This document shows, piece after piece, positions 12,748 through 24,597 of a stretch of 64,000 nucleotides of DNA. The notes under the pieces were generated by a model. That model was not told the origin of the DNA. It saw nothing but the letters and a program-made list of their open reading frames with translations, and ran no database searches. The DNA is from Catajapyx aquilonaris (lineage: Eukaryota): positions 1 through 64,000 of the forward strand of contig KZ538484.1 in NCBI GenBank assembly GCA_000934665.2. The letters run 5' to 3'. The stretch's first letter is position 1; the number at the start of each line of letters is the position of its first letter. The position numbers were made by a program, and so were the translations under genes.

Positions 12748-13786
12748 CCCCCTTTGCTACCAGATAGGCCCGAACCACATAGATTTTGGCTTACGTGTAC
12801 TCTGAAGATACTACAAGATATTTTACAAATAATAACAGCTATACTTATCCGATCAGGGAAAACACTATGAATGTGTCTGGAACAATTTTACTCATCTAGA
12901 AGTCCCTAAATTAATTTCCCCCAAAAAGGCCATAAAAACTCGAAATTAGAGCACCGCCGACCAACTGTTAGGCTGATTTAATTATGAAATGCGTGAAAAT
13001 ATGCGGGATAACAACCTTGAGAACCATGCCAGACGAATTTGCTTAAATCGTCGTACTTTGTGAGAAATAAATTCATACTTATTTTGTGGCATTCTGGCAC
13101 TTTGGAAAACCCCCAAATTTATTTACTTCATGCGAAGTAAGACGATTTCAGCAAATTCATCTCATACGGTTCTCCAAGCGGTTCTCAAGGTACTATCAGT
13201 CCACCAAGAATTGTCGTAGCGGCAGCGCACGAACTACAGTTACGAGCACTTCTCCCCCCGGAAGTGCTCGTAGACTGTAGTTCGTGCGCTGCAGCTACGA
13301 CAATTCTTGGTGGACTGATAGTACATATTCAGGATATTTTAACAGATTTCATCATTTAATCCTTCAGGCCCAACCACCTAGAATCTAGGAAATGGCAGTA
13401 CAGCTGGTAGTCTACTCTGCAGTCGAGTTCTCATCGCCTAGATTTCTAAGCCTCAAATAAGTATTAATTTATTTCTTGCAAAGTACCACAATTTAAGCAA
13501 ATTCGTCTGGCATGGTTCTCAAGGTTGTTATCCAGCGTATTTTCACGCATTTCATAATTAAATCAGCCTGATAGTTGGTTGGCAGTGCTCTAATTTCGAG
13601 TTTTTATGTCCTTTTTTGGGAAATTAATTTTGGGACTTCTAGACGAGTAAAATTGTTCCAGACACATTCGTAGTGTTTTCCCTGATTGGGTAAGTATAGC
13701 TGTTATTATTTGTAAAATATCTTGTGCATATTTTCAGAGTACACGTAAGCCAAAATCTATGTGGTACGGGCCTATCTGGTAAGGGG
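12748..13786. mobile_element. piggyBac-like foldback element
   Basis: TTAA-CCCC...GGGG-TTAA; inverted arms over 300 bp. Confidence 0.85.
13193..13321. mobile_element. Near-perfect hairpin MITE nested in the piggyBac-like element
   Basis: TA-CTATCAGTCCACC...GGTGGACTGATAG-TA. Confidence 0.85.
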
Positions 13787-13937
13787 TTAAACAGTTCAAG
13801 TGGTACATCGTTGATCATCCTCCAAGCAATCCAGATCATGCTCCAAAGATTTTGTTTTAATTTGTGTGCATACAGACTAAGGCCCATGTCTTCGACATCT
13901 CAGGCAAACCTGCGGGAGGAGCCATAATCTTCTAGAG

Positions 13938-14427
13938 CAGGGGTATTCAACTAGTTTATGACAAGGTCCAGTATTTACCTTTCCTGGGCCATTGAAGGTC
14001 CGGACACCCCTCCGAGTAAAGATATGGATTTGATATTTTTATATGGTACCACAGGGTTCATTTTTGAAAATAGAAACATGTGCAGCAAGGGTAGAAGGGC
14101 CTATCAAGACAGGACATATTAAGACATTTTCGCCCTTTATGAGGTCCTGTACAGGTGCGTAGGCAGAACAATTTCGGAGGGGAGCCCATTTCATAAGCAC
14201 AAGGTGAACAAGCCGTAAATGGCGGGGGTTGAAGGTCACACTAGCTTAGGTGAAAGTGGGAGATTTGAATGGGTGTGTATTTGATAAAATTGGTAGCACT
14301 TTTTCCAAAAAATCGTGAATTAGTAATTTATAATGCTATTTCAAAATGTCCTGTATATCGTCGCGGTCCGGACAAAATTACATCACTGTCCGGATCCGGA
14401 CCACGGTCCGCCAGTTGAATTGCCCTG
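13938..14427. mobile_element. hAT (Charlie-like) non-autonomous element
   Basis: CAGGG...CCCTG ends; TSD TTCTAGAG. Confidence 0.9.
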
Positions 14428-14656
14428 TTCTAGAGAAACTTTCCAATGACGTTAATCCCTGACGGGGAAAGAACCCCGGGAGTAGTTAATTTTGTTACTA
14501 AATATGTGATGTTTACTCTCGCTGGCGGAACCCTGTTTACTCCCCTCTGCGAGCACCTCCCACAGGTTTGCACGAGACGTCGATTAGTCTTAGTGATTTA
14601 TGTGTGGTATATGAATGTCAACAAAACTGAAGTTATATCATATTTGGTGCCCTTAG

Positions 14657-14999
14657 ACATCAAAACTAAAAGCAGAGGCCCGGTTGGAGTATCTTCGTGA
14701 TGGAGGGGTGAATGTGGATGAGTGGATGCAGGATATGGAGAGCCTGTCCACTTTAGAGATGCCCAGATCAGCCAGTGGTCACTCAATCAAGGAGGACCAA
14801 GCCAGTTCAGACTCATTCTATGACAGCGACTTTAATGATGCCTCATCTGATGTGTCTGGTGCACCTCCACAGCAAGCTAAAGCAGCAGCAGATCCTTTCC
14901 AGAAAATGGGTAGTATGGCAGCAGCAGACAGTGTTGAGATGACTGCACAGGAGATCAGGGAAACTGCTCTACTTGACAAGGAGGATGAGGAATTTGACT
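14657..14999 (+). CDS. nwk: nwk exon ([23 protein letters not shown]...DEEFD)
   Basis: ccttag| acceptor, T|gtgagt donor (phase 1); KAEARLE.LR.GG.NVDEW matches Nwk-family sequence as recalled. Confidence 0.9.
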
Positions 15000-15173
15000 G
15001 TGAGTTGGAATAGCAGGAAGAAGGAAATTTTCTAATAAAATTTACAGACATGGATATCATGCATTTGAGTCACAAAATTCCAAAATATTTCGACTTTTTT
15101 GAACGGTGGCAAATATTACTGATAAAAGGACACTTTAGAAAGCAAATTAATTAATCCTGTGTTGTTGCAATAG

Positions 15174-15481
15174 TGGAACTGGAACGTGAGCGCCAGCGCA
15201 TAGCAGCCATGGCTGCAGCATGGGAAGATCCCACTAAGGTGGACTGGGGTGAGCCACCAGGCACAGAAGTGGACACTGGAGTAGCGGCTGTAGGAAGTGA
15301 GGTTGATGGTACGGCTATGTCTTCCCAAGTGGATGGAGTTTCTGAGGAGGCCTCAGAGGTCAGTGTTGCTACAGAGATTGCTGCACCACCCACTGCAATT
15401 CAGATGGATGGGTTTGGTGCTCCTGATGAAGATCTGCATGGAGCACAGGCCCTCAAATGTGTCGCTATCTATTCATATACT
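15174..15481 (+). CDS. nwk: nwk exon (acidic linker + start of SH3a, KCVAIYSYT)
   Basis: caatag| acceptor phase 1, ACT|gtgagt donor phase 0. Confidence 0.9.
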
Positions 15482-15571
15482 GTGAGTACTTTTCTGTAGG
15501 TGCTGTTGCTGTTTCTGCTGCTGTTGTCATTCTTTGTCCAATGTCTACATGGAAATGATAATAATCCACAG

Positions 15572-16165
15572 GCCCAAAACCCAGATGAGCTGTCCATGAT
15601 GGAAAGTGAGCAGCTGGAAGTAGTTGGGGAGGGAGATGGGGATGGGTGGCTTCGTTGCCGGAATTACAAAGGAGAGGAAGGATTTGTACCTCAGAACTAT
15701 GTGGAGATTGAGCTGGATGAATCAGGAGGGATGGGTGGGGACACGGCTGGAGCAGATGACACAGGTGCTGGGGGCTCCTTTTCTTCAGTGGACTACTCCA
15801 TGGATGCCAAAGAGCCTGACTTCCAAGCTGACTTTGAGGCTGAGTTTCCCACAGGGGAGGCAGAACCCCCAACTGAGCCACCTCCTGAGTCTCTTCCTCT
15901 TGCTGCAGAAACTCAACAACACATGCCAGACACGAATGGAGACCTGGGATTAGGATACTGCCGAGCAGTGTATGATTATGAGGCCACTTGCCCTGAGGAA
16001 CTGAATTTCTTTGAGGGTCAGGTGATACGGGTGACCAGCAAAAAGGTCCACGATGATGTAGATGATGGCTGGTGGGAGGGACAGATGGAGGATGGGACTA
16101 TTGGACTATTCCCATCTCTGGTAGTGGAGGAGTGCAGACATGATGGTGAACCACTCACACCAGAG
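15572..16165 (+). CDS. nwk: nwk exon (rest of SH3a and all of SH3b)
   Basis: AQNPDELS...GDGDGWLRCRN...GFVPQNY and CRAVYDYEA...DDGWWEG...GLFPS SH3 motifs; ccacag| and GAG|gtaaga. Confidence 0.95.
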
Positions 16166-17445
16166 GTAAGAAAATAATACTACAAAATTATTATTTTCAA
16201 AGTTGTTCTAGAATGCCATTTGTAAAGGGACACATCAATTTATGGTTGGACCTTTAAATCCTTTAAATCTTATTTGTCTAGTGGTGATGCAGTAAACTCA
16301 TATCACTCAATCACAAACACAGGGTTTGTCCAGAAATGTTCGTGCCCAGTGGACAATAGGCTAATTACGAGCTGGACAGGTCACTTCCCATGTGTTTGGA
16401 GTTGGGTATGACTCTTTATTCGGGAAGCAGTAAGCAAGGTGCTGGACCCTGAAAGGGGTTGGAGGCTCTACTGGGTATAGGGTGGAATGAATATAACTTG
16501 GAGTGGAGAATGCATAATGCCTTGTCATAAAGAAAGGTGGTAATTACAGGACACTAGGGTTCCTAGTACATCGACTAATTATTCTGAATCCTCACTCACA
16601 TGTACTCTCACTCACGTAATTGCTGGTGGCTGTCTTCTGTATGGAGTTCCGTTCGTCTCTCCATCCTCTTGCTTCTCTTCTTGGTCCCTCTTCCTCTTGG
16701 TCCTCCTCCTCCTCCGTTGGACCGTTCTCATCTCTCCCGAATCTCAGCTATATCTGTCTGTTTCGCATCCCCCTTTTATATTTTTTTATACCACCCTCGC
16801 GGGTTGGTCATATAAGCTAGTTCCCAGGGCTGTATCGACCCCACATGACTTGACTCACTTTGGAGCCTGGGATCACTTGTTTCCTCCATGACCGGTTGTG
16901 ACTGCGATATTTCTCGTTCATCCTGTGACTGCCGATACAGGACTGCATTATCTTTTCTATCCCACTACTCTAGTGACTATAGAATTATTAATTTATTCAG
17001 GGTGAAAATCAATGCATATATTACAGAAGTTTTTCACAGATTGATTAGTCTAAAAATGAAGTGATATAACATATGATAGCTTGGATATGTTTTGTTTCTT
17101 AATATTTAACTGTGTTATTAAAGATGTACATTCTTGTATAGTTTTATTTTTAGCCTTTATAACAATTAAAATGTAATTTCTACAGTAGTTCCTTGAAGCT
17201 TTTAGTTATATAACTTCTGATGTAGTCTTGAAGATGCAATGCTAGAATTAAAATTGGGATGTTTGCTCTTAATTGAAATTATCAGAAAAGTTTTTAAATA
17301 GATACCCTTTTAAAAGAATTTGTCATCCATACAAATCACAGTAAAACACCACTGATAATTTTGCAGCATTCTGAATATACATGTATCTGGTGAATGAAAC
17401 AGGTGGGCTCTTGTCATACATTGACTTATGCTTTTTTGTGTTAAG

Positions 17446-17602
17446 GATGAAGAGGACATGACTCCTCCTGACTCGGCGCCTCCTGTGTTCACGCCACCAG
17501 ATGTTCCAGTTCATCTTTTGCCACCAGAGGAGATTGTCATCACTCAGCCCACACCAGAAGTTGAAGAGGCACCTTCTGTCAGACGAGCGTCACAACCCAA
17601 AG
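17446..17602 (+). CDS. nwk: nwk exon (proline-rich region)
   Basis: DEEDMTPPDSAPPVFTPP...IVITQPTPE; ttaag| acceptor, AG|gtgagt donor phase 1. Confidence 0.85.
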
Positions 17603-18169
17603 GTGAGTGTAGGGAAACACATGGTGTACATGACTACCATTTCATATCGCTGTTTGTGACACTGTGACCCCCATGTGAACAAACCATGCAACACTCATTG
17701 CTCATGAGGATATGGTACTTTTATGCCAAGTATTACTGTAATAGTTAAGTATTAAAGTGCTGAACATTTATTAGTATTTAACATTGTTTTATTCCTTTCC
17801 ACTTATTTAATGTTGAAAGCACTAGTATGGGTTCCCTTCTCAACAACCGGAATATTTAGTAGTAGTTTACAGTTATGTTTCAACCAAAATCACTAAATAC
17901 TGACCACAGTTTATTTTCTGAACATTTGGCCTTGTTGCCTTTTTACATTGATGCAACAGTAGTGAAGTGTTACAAACTGCGTAAATATAGACAAATGCAG
18001 ATAGGTGATAGTTTAGCAGTGGGGAGAGCCTTAAATGTTGGGCTGTTTGGTGTGCTGCTTGTTCATTATTCTCCTCCCTGAATCCAATCCATGCAACAAC
18101 CATACCTCGTAACACCCCTGAACGAAAACTGCTTAAACACCAAACTGGAGTGGTTTCCATGTCTGGCAG

Positions 18170-18304
18170 CAGCTCCACCACCAGTGTCATTCTCCCAACG
18201 GACGGCTGATTTTGAGTTGGAGTTGAGCCATAACCAGCAGGCTCATTACCACAGCCAATTCGAGGAGGAAAATGGAGAAGGCAGAACCGGAGTCATTCCA
18301 GAAG
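18170..18304 (+). CDS. nwk: nwk exon (AAPPPVSFSQRTADFELELSHNQQAHYHSQF...)
   Basis: Tandem cagcag acceptor, phase 1-1, 135 nt, AAG|gtagta donor. Confidence 0.7.
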
Positions 18305-18663
18305 GTAGTAACACAAAACCAAGCAGTGTGCCGCCACTTTCATAAGCCAGCAAAATAACTAGTTGGCACACAACTAACAACTAATCATTGCTGTCTGGCT
18401 ACATTCTCACTCCCCACATTTTTCTTCTCCTGTATTTAATTTTCCTCTCCCTTTTGCACTGCAATGGCTTGGTCTTTCTAATTTTATGCATGGGTATCTG
18501 TGTTTCTCTTTTTACAAAAGTATTTATCATGTATGTGTAATGCTGTGTGAGTGAATGTCTTGTACTGTCTTCATGTATGGTGCTAAACATATTGCAATAA
18601 TTGTTGGTTGTTTCATGACTCATGGATTTAACTTGGTGTCCTTTTATTCTCTGCTTCCAAAAG

Positions 18664-18695
18664 TGGCCATTATCACTGAAGAAGTTGAATCTGAG
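18664..18695 (+). CDS. nwk: nwk 32-nt microexon (VAIITEEVESE)
   Basis: Pyrimidine tract + aag| acceptor, GAG|gtaggt donor; bridges phase 1 to the phase 0 terminal exon. Confidence 0.6.
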
Positions 18696-19653
18696 GTAGG
18701 TGACACTAAATCACTGTCATTTTTAAATATAAACATGGGGTTTTCCATCATGGGAGAAAACAGCCACACCATATATGAGGAGGCATCTGCCAAAAGCGGC
18801 TATCTTCAATTTATGTCGTTTTTGAGTTAACACCACCATTAAAATCTTCATGTAAAGGCGCACCTAATGGGCCAAAGAGCCAGATCAAAATGATTTTTTT
18901 TAAGCCATAACAAGAGGATGAAATCTGGAAATCCCACTTACAGCCATACAAATTGAATCTACAACATTGGCATTTTTTCAGAATAGGGTTCGGTAAAGAT
19001 AGCCATTTTTGGTGGCTGTATTCTCATATATGACAGTGATTTAACATTCGTGTTTAAATATAACTAGGTTAAATAAATTACTTGTAGCCAAGAGAACAGG
19101 AAAAGGGTATTATTAACTTAAGTCTTGTCATGTCCTCACTGAAGATGCTGTTACTTTCTTCTCCAGACGAGTGAATTTACTGGTATTTAACTTGAATGTG
19201 TACTGAATGGGGGGAAAATATACCTGTCCTTTTGAGACACATAAATCCAGTTAACTACTGCAGGCCTAGAAGCATGAGCCTCATGACATCAATTAACTAT
19301 CAATAAATCCTGAAGCACAAGACAGCTGTTCAATTCTGTGACTTATTTTGGTCCATTGCACTCACGCATTGGTGCTTTTGTAGATGGAGGTAAAATATGG
19401 AGGAATTATAAATTTAACTTATTATACATTGCCTTCTTTGTCTACCCCTTTGAGAGATAAATGTTGTAATTAAGTTTAATATTATGGTAATTTGGACGGA
19501 AATGTCCAAAGAACAGCTGCAAGTGGAATATCAATTGTACATTTTCTAAGGAATATGAATAGGGAACAAAATTTTATTTCTTGGATAAAATATCCCAAAA
19601 AGATATTTAGTTTATCATTCAGTCGTTGTTCATCTGTGTAACATATGCCCATA

Positions 19654-19945
19654 ACCGAAGCAGTTTGGAGTAGGGGATATGGTGTCCGACTGCTAATCGG
19701 GAGGTCCCAGGATCAAATCCCGGGGCCGGAAACTCTGACCGTGGTTTTCTGTGGTTTCTCACGGTCCTTCCAGGAAAATTCCGGAGTTGTTTCCATAATT
19801 AATAGGCCACAGCCGCTTCCTGCTGTCCCTATCCTATCCCAAAAAGCGCAGTAAAATGAAAGCAAAGAGTTCCAGGTAAAAAAAAAAAAACTTCCCCCCT
19901 AAAGAGCCGATAGGCTGATGACGGGGTATGAATTATTATTATTAT
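19654..19945 (+). mobile_element. tRNA-derived SINE with (ATT)n tail
   Basis: 15-bp TSD TAACATATGCCCATA (19639-19653 / 19946-19960). Confidence 0.9.
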
Positions 19946-20897
19946 TAACATATGCCCATATAAATTAATTAGGTAGTAATAAATGACATTCTTGGGATAA
20001 TCTGAATTCAAGTCAGTGCAGTGGGCAGGCAGTGGGTTGGTTTCTTGTCCCACTGCTAGTTAGCAGTACTAGTTTCAACCACTAATAACCATTGTAATCC
20101 ATGAAAAAGCTTATGGGAGAATCTTCACTAGCAGAGACTTAGCAGCAGGATGAGAAACCCACCCAATGACTCAGCTTGCAATATTTTTGCTTCATTCTTG
20201 AGTGTCAATTAATACTTGTAACACCATTTAGAAGTTGGATATATAACTACTGTATTACCCTACATTAGATGGACGTCAACTTGATCCAAAGCACTTCTAA
20301 TGAAATTCTTGGAAATAAATCTGCTCTGTAAGCAAGGAACTAGTAAATCTAAAGGCCATTCTCAGTGGTGGAACTAGCTATGAAGGGTGCTGGTTCAGTT
20401 CTTGAAGGTCTCTTCACTTTCTGTCTGTTATTATATTATTTTGTCCTTTTATTTTTAGGACATTTTTTAAAACTCTGCTTTCAACAAACTTTTCCCTTTG
20501 CCATGGACCGTCTCTTTGTCTGACCTGCCCGAAATAATGTAGTTCTGCCTCTGGCCACAGTGTGATATTTTCCTTAAGTTAGAATTGTGCAACAATGGCA
20601 AATTCCATCGCAGGAAGTAGAATGCTATTCATTTTGCTGTGTCACAAAGCACACGTGCAGAAGAATATTAGACACTCAGAGGTATCTTCAAAAACTTGTA
20701 AGTGCACCGTCAAATACCAAGGACCTGAAAGCTCTATATGCCCTGTATCTTGTGGAAAAAAAAGTCAGCTTACGTCTGTAGTGGTGGAAATATGGCATTG
20801 CTTCCTTACCAGCTGGCTCCACCAACTATGTAACATAAGAAATAACCATATTTTTTAGAATATACAGGCCAAACTGATGTAACTTTTACTGTTTCAG

Positions 20898-21170
20898 GGG
20901 GAAGGCGACCCACCTCCAGCAGATGCTGATGCAACCACTTTACAGGCAGATGAAGGTGATGATTCTGGTCTGGGTGTGGCCCAAATTGTCATAACTGCAG
21001 CTACTCCCATGACAGAAGACAAGCCCTTTTTGCCCCCACAAGGAGGAGGGGATGGTAGTAAGTCTGAAAAAGCAGAAGTGAAGAGTGAAGAGGAAGAAGA
21101 CCCAAATGGAAATGTCCAAATGGATCAGAGGAAAGATGAAGAAGATGAAGATGAAGATGACCTTAAGTAA
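20898..21170 (+). CDS. nwk: nwk terminal coding exon (GEGDPPP...AQIVITAATPM...DDLK*)
   Basis: gtttcag| acceptor; open to TAA at 21168-21170. Confidence 0.8.
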   Translation, partial: GEGDPPPADADATTLQADEGDDSGLGVAQIVITAATPMTEDKPFLPPQGGGDGSKSEKAEVKSEEEEDPNGNVQMDQRKDEEDEDEDDLK

Positions 21171-21213
21171 AAGGATCTAAATTTTGAGATTTATTGAATC
21201 TGGTTTGCACTGA

Positions 21214-21214
<1 letters not shown>

Positions 21215-21274
<60 letters not shown>
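21215..21274. repeat. (TAT)n microsatellite just downstream of the nwk stop
   Basis: Seen directly. Confidence 0.95.
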
Positions 21275-21275
<1 letters not shown>

Positions 21276-21607
21276 AGGCAGCCAAGACTGCCCTCTTCTG
21301 ATATGCACAAACATAACCATTTCTCTACTTGAAGGGAATCTTCCTGTTTCTATATCAGTCATAAAAAACTTTTTGACTGCCTATTATATTATATGACTGC
21401 ACATAACATACCCTTCATTTGAGTAGTGCAGATCTTTCTAATTGTGAAAACTTGAGTGCCATCAATTTTGTACATTGTGGTTTCTTGTAGAATGTGTTCA
21501 TAGCAGCTTTAACTGTCCAATTACTGCATAGTGCCACATCCCTACTGTCTAAAAATAACAATGTTATTATTTTGCATTTTTGCTATAAGGCAGTAGGCCT
21601 ATACATA

Positions 21608-22156
21608 CGAGGTAGGCACCAGAAGTTTCTGGCCTCACTATATTCCAGGGGTGATGGAAATAAAACAATGGTAGTGTCAGGTAGTGCCATTCATGAGTGG
21701 ATGAATGTACACGTTTGTACTCACAAATTGCGTCACACACTTGAGTAAACTTAATTTCAGTCAGACGAGTTGCACCATTTCAGATCATGTTGAAAATCAA
21801 GTACAAACAGGAAAGCCTCACTCCCAGGGCTACTGAACACAGACTCTGGCTTCGAGGAGCATGACCAACCAGCCTACAGCCCAGACCTGGTCCCCAGTGG
21901 CTTTTACCTGTTTTCAAAACTCAAAAAAGACATTCCAATAAGAAAAAATGAAGAGTTGCAGGAGGCAGTTTATAAGCACTTGCAGACAAAACTTTGGACT
22001 TTGAACGTGTACTTTTCCAATGGTATTGTTTGCTAATCCAGAGATGTAAGGAGTGTGTTGTAGTACAAGAAGACTAGTATTGAAAAATGACACTGTCATT
22101 TTATATCCATCACACCTGGAACATAGTCAGGCCAGAAACTTTTGGTGCCTACCTCG
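21608..22156 (+). mobile_element. Internally deleted mariner
   Basis: TA-CGAGGTAGGCACC TIRs; remnant QPAYSPDLVPSGFYLFSKLK (YSPDL motif). Confidence 0.9.
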
Positions 22157-24388
22157 TAATTATGTTCTAACCCTCTCATGGCATTTATCAACTTCTATAG
22201 GTTTAGTTTGTGCATATCAGTTACAACATAATTATGACATATGAGATGTTTGTGAGATTCCATAGTTTAACAAACCTTGATTTGACACACTGATTATTTT
22301 ATCATAAAAATCTTGACCTCACAATTCATCTCACAATATCATTGCTGTGTTAGATTTTAAATGCCAGACCTGCTGTTCTGGATATGCATATTTTTTTCTG
22401 TGAAAAAATACATTCTGATGTATATTTGCGTTACTTGCATCAACTGCACAGATTTGTTTCCCTCTGCAATTTTTATCTATGTGGGACATGAGAATTACAA
22501 TGGAAAAATGCAAGAATGTTGTCGTATGAGTTTGATGTGAAAATGAAATCTTCCATGATGCTGTGCAATATAAAGACATCCACATGTACATTTTTACTGT
22601 TACAAACATTAGGGGTGGTTAGTCCTGGACTGAAAGTGTGATTAAATTAATTTGACTCCTTCTTGTCACACAACCATAACACATGGGAAAGTTAATTTTT
22701 CAACTGGTGGAATTATTCCAATGGCACTGCACTTTCTGCACCTTATTCTGTAATGGTTGTTATTTGAGTAAGCACATTCATTAAAATGTAGTGTACCTCA
22801 GCAGTAATATTTTGATGACGCAATAAATGATGTCATTATGATGCCATAAAATTGGCCAAGCTAATGACTACAAGCCTAATAAAGGAAAGTAAGTGAAAAG
22901 CATTTTTAGCAGGAATTTGTGTGCAATTATCCCTCAACTTAATGTTGCCCAGCACATCATTTGTTTCTAGACTCAAAGTACAGGGTTTTCCAACTACATA
23001 AATTCTCTTATTTTTCTGGTGGTTGTTACTAAAATTGAAGTTATGCGAAGTCAACTATAAAATGTATGGAATTTGTGTGACTCATAGCCACACACATTCC
23101 ATATGTTATGGGGCATTCACACAAACATTTCCTTCTGCTTTAAAAGTGCCTTCCTACAAGCACATGCATTTTTCTTTCAATATTTGTTTGTTTACTTGCA
23201 TTTGACAGGTGAAAAGCACACTTGCTGTTTCACTTGCGATTTTGATCTTAGCCGCTCTGCTGGTCAGCTTCAAATGGTTGACTTCCTATCGATATGGTTG
23301 GTTTTAAACACCCCCACTATTATGCCATCCCATTCACCACTCCTCACCAAATGGAGTTGGATCTTGCCTGCAAAGCTGACATGGTAATGTGACTGGGTAG
23401 TATTGTATCTTTGAAGTGATTTCATTTTCTGCTTCAGTGTCATTTGTATGAAGATCTTTTAAATTCAAAGTTTCTTCGCAGCAACGTAGGCTAGTGCTGT
23501 TATAAAGAATCTTTCTTCTTGCGTATTTAAGCAGTGCTTTAGTATTTTTCATCTTTCTCTGTAAGGCCGCTCCCACCCACCACCTTTTATGAATTCCACC
23601 CATGCTGGATAACCCAACACAATAACCAAGGGTGATAAGATGCCTGGCAAGAAACAGAGTTGTCATGTTTTATGTTTGTTAATTTCCAAGGTACAGTCGC
23701 TAGCATAAAGATGGGGACGGTAGACTAGACCTCTTCCTCTGCCTGAGGGCTCTTTGCACAACATCTGCCCCTCACCAACAGCACCAGTGTAGGCCTACTA
23801 GTCTAGGATAGGCTGAGAACACCATATGTTGATTGTGTAATGATGACACTGGCTGCTCCTCTACTAGCAAGGGAAGTACTACCATCCACATCTTATTTAT
23901 GCTTGCAAATGTACCTTCTGTTGAATGCATGGCATATGACAACTCTGTGTCTTACTAAATTTTATAACACTCAACATGGGTGATCTAGAGTGGGGTGTGT
24001 TCAGGTATGGCAGTGGATGGTCTCTGCCTCAAGATTTAGTACTACAGAATAAAATGTGATTGCTTGCTCTTTCCAGTTATGCATGTGCATTCCACTCCCT
24101 GATACACATTAGAATCAACCAGTGGGAAGTGCATGCATGATTGAAATGAGCAATCCATTTCATTTTACCTCCCAACTGGTGGAGGCCAACTTAGGCAGTG
24201 TATGTACGATTGCTGCAGTATATGTGGTATATTGCTCTATGTATTGCTTTGTAGTTGCATGGTCAACTTGGCGGAGTGAACCATGTCCAGAGGGTTTGAG
24301 AAGGCTAACATTGCAGAGCTAATTGACTGTGTCAAACTTTTCACAGCTTACTTGTTAGGTGCATCTTACAAGTTAGTGCAGTCAAATA

Positions 24389-24597
24389 CAGGGTGTCTCA
24401 ACTTTTTTGTCCGAACAGTTATCGGAAAAGCCTATGTATCTTCTAGCTATGTAGACAGAATATGCCCCAACATTCCTGGCACATCCCTCAACTGTTGAGA
24501 TATGTGCCAGGAATGTTGGGGCATATTCTGGCTACATAGCTAAAAGATACATAGGCTTTTCCGATAACTGTTCGGACAAAAAAGTTTAGACACCCTG
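24389..24597. mobile_element. Tc1-type hairpin MITE
   Basis: TA-CAGGGTGTCT...AGACACCCTG-TA; almost fully palindromic. Confidence 0.9.
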
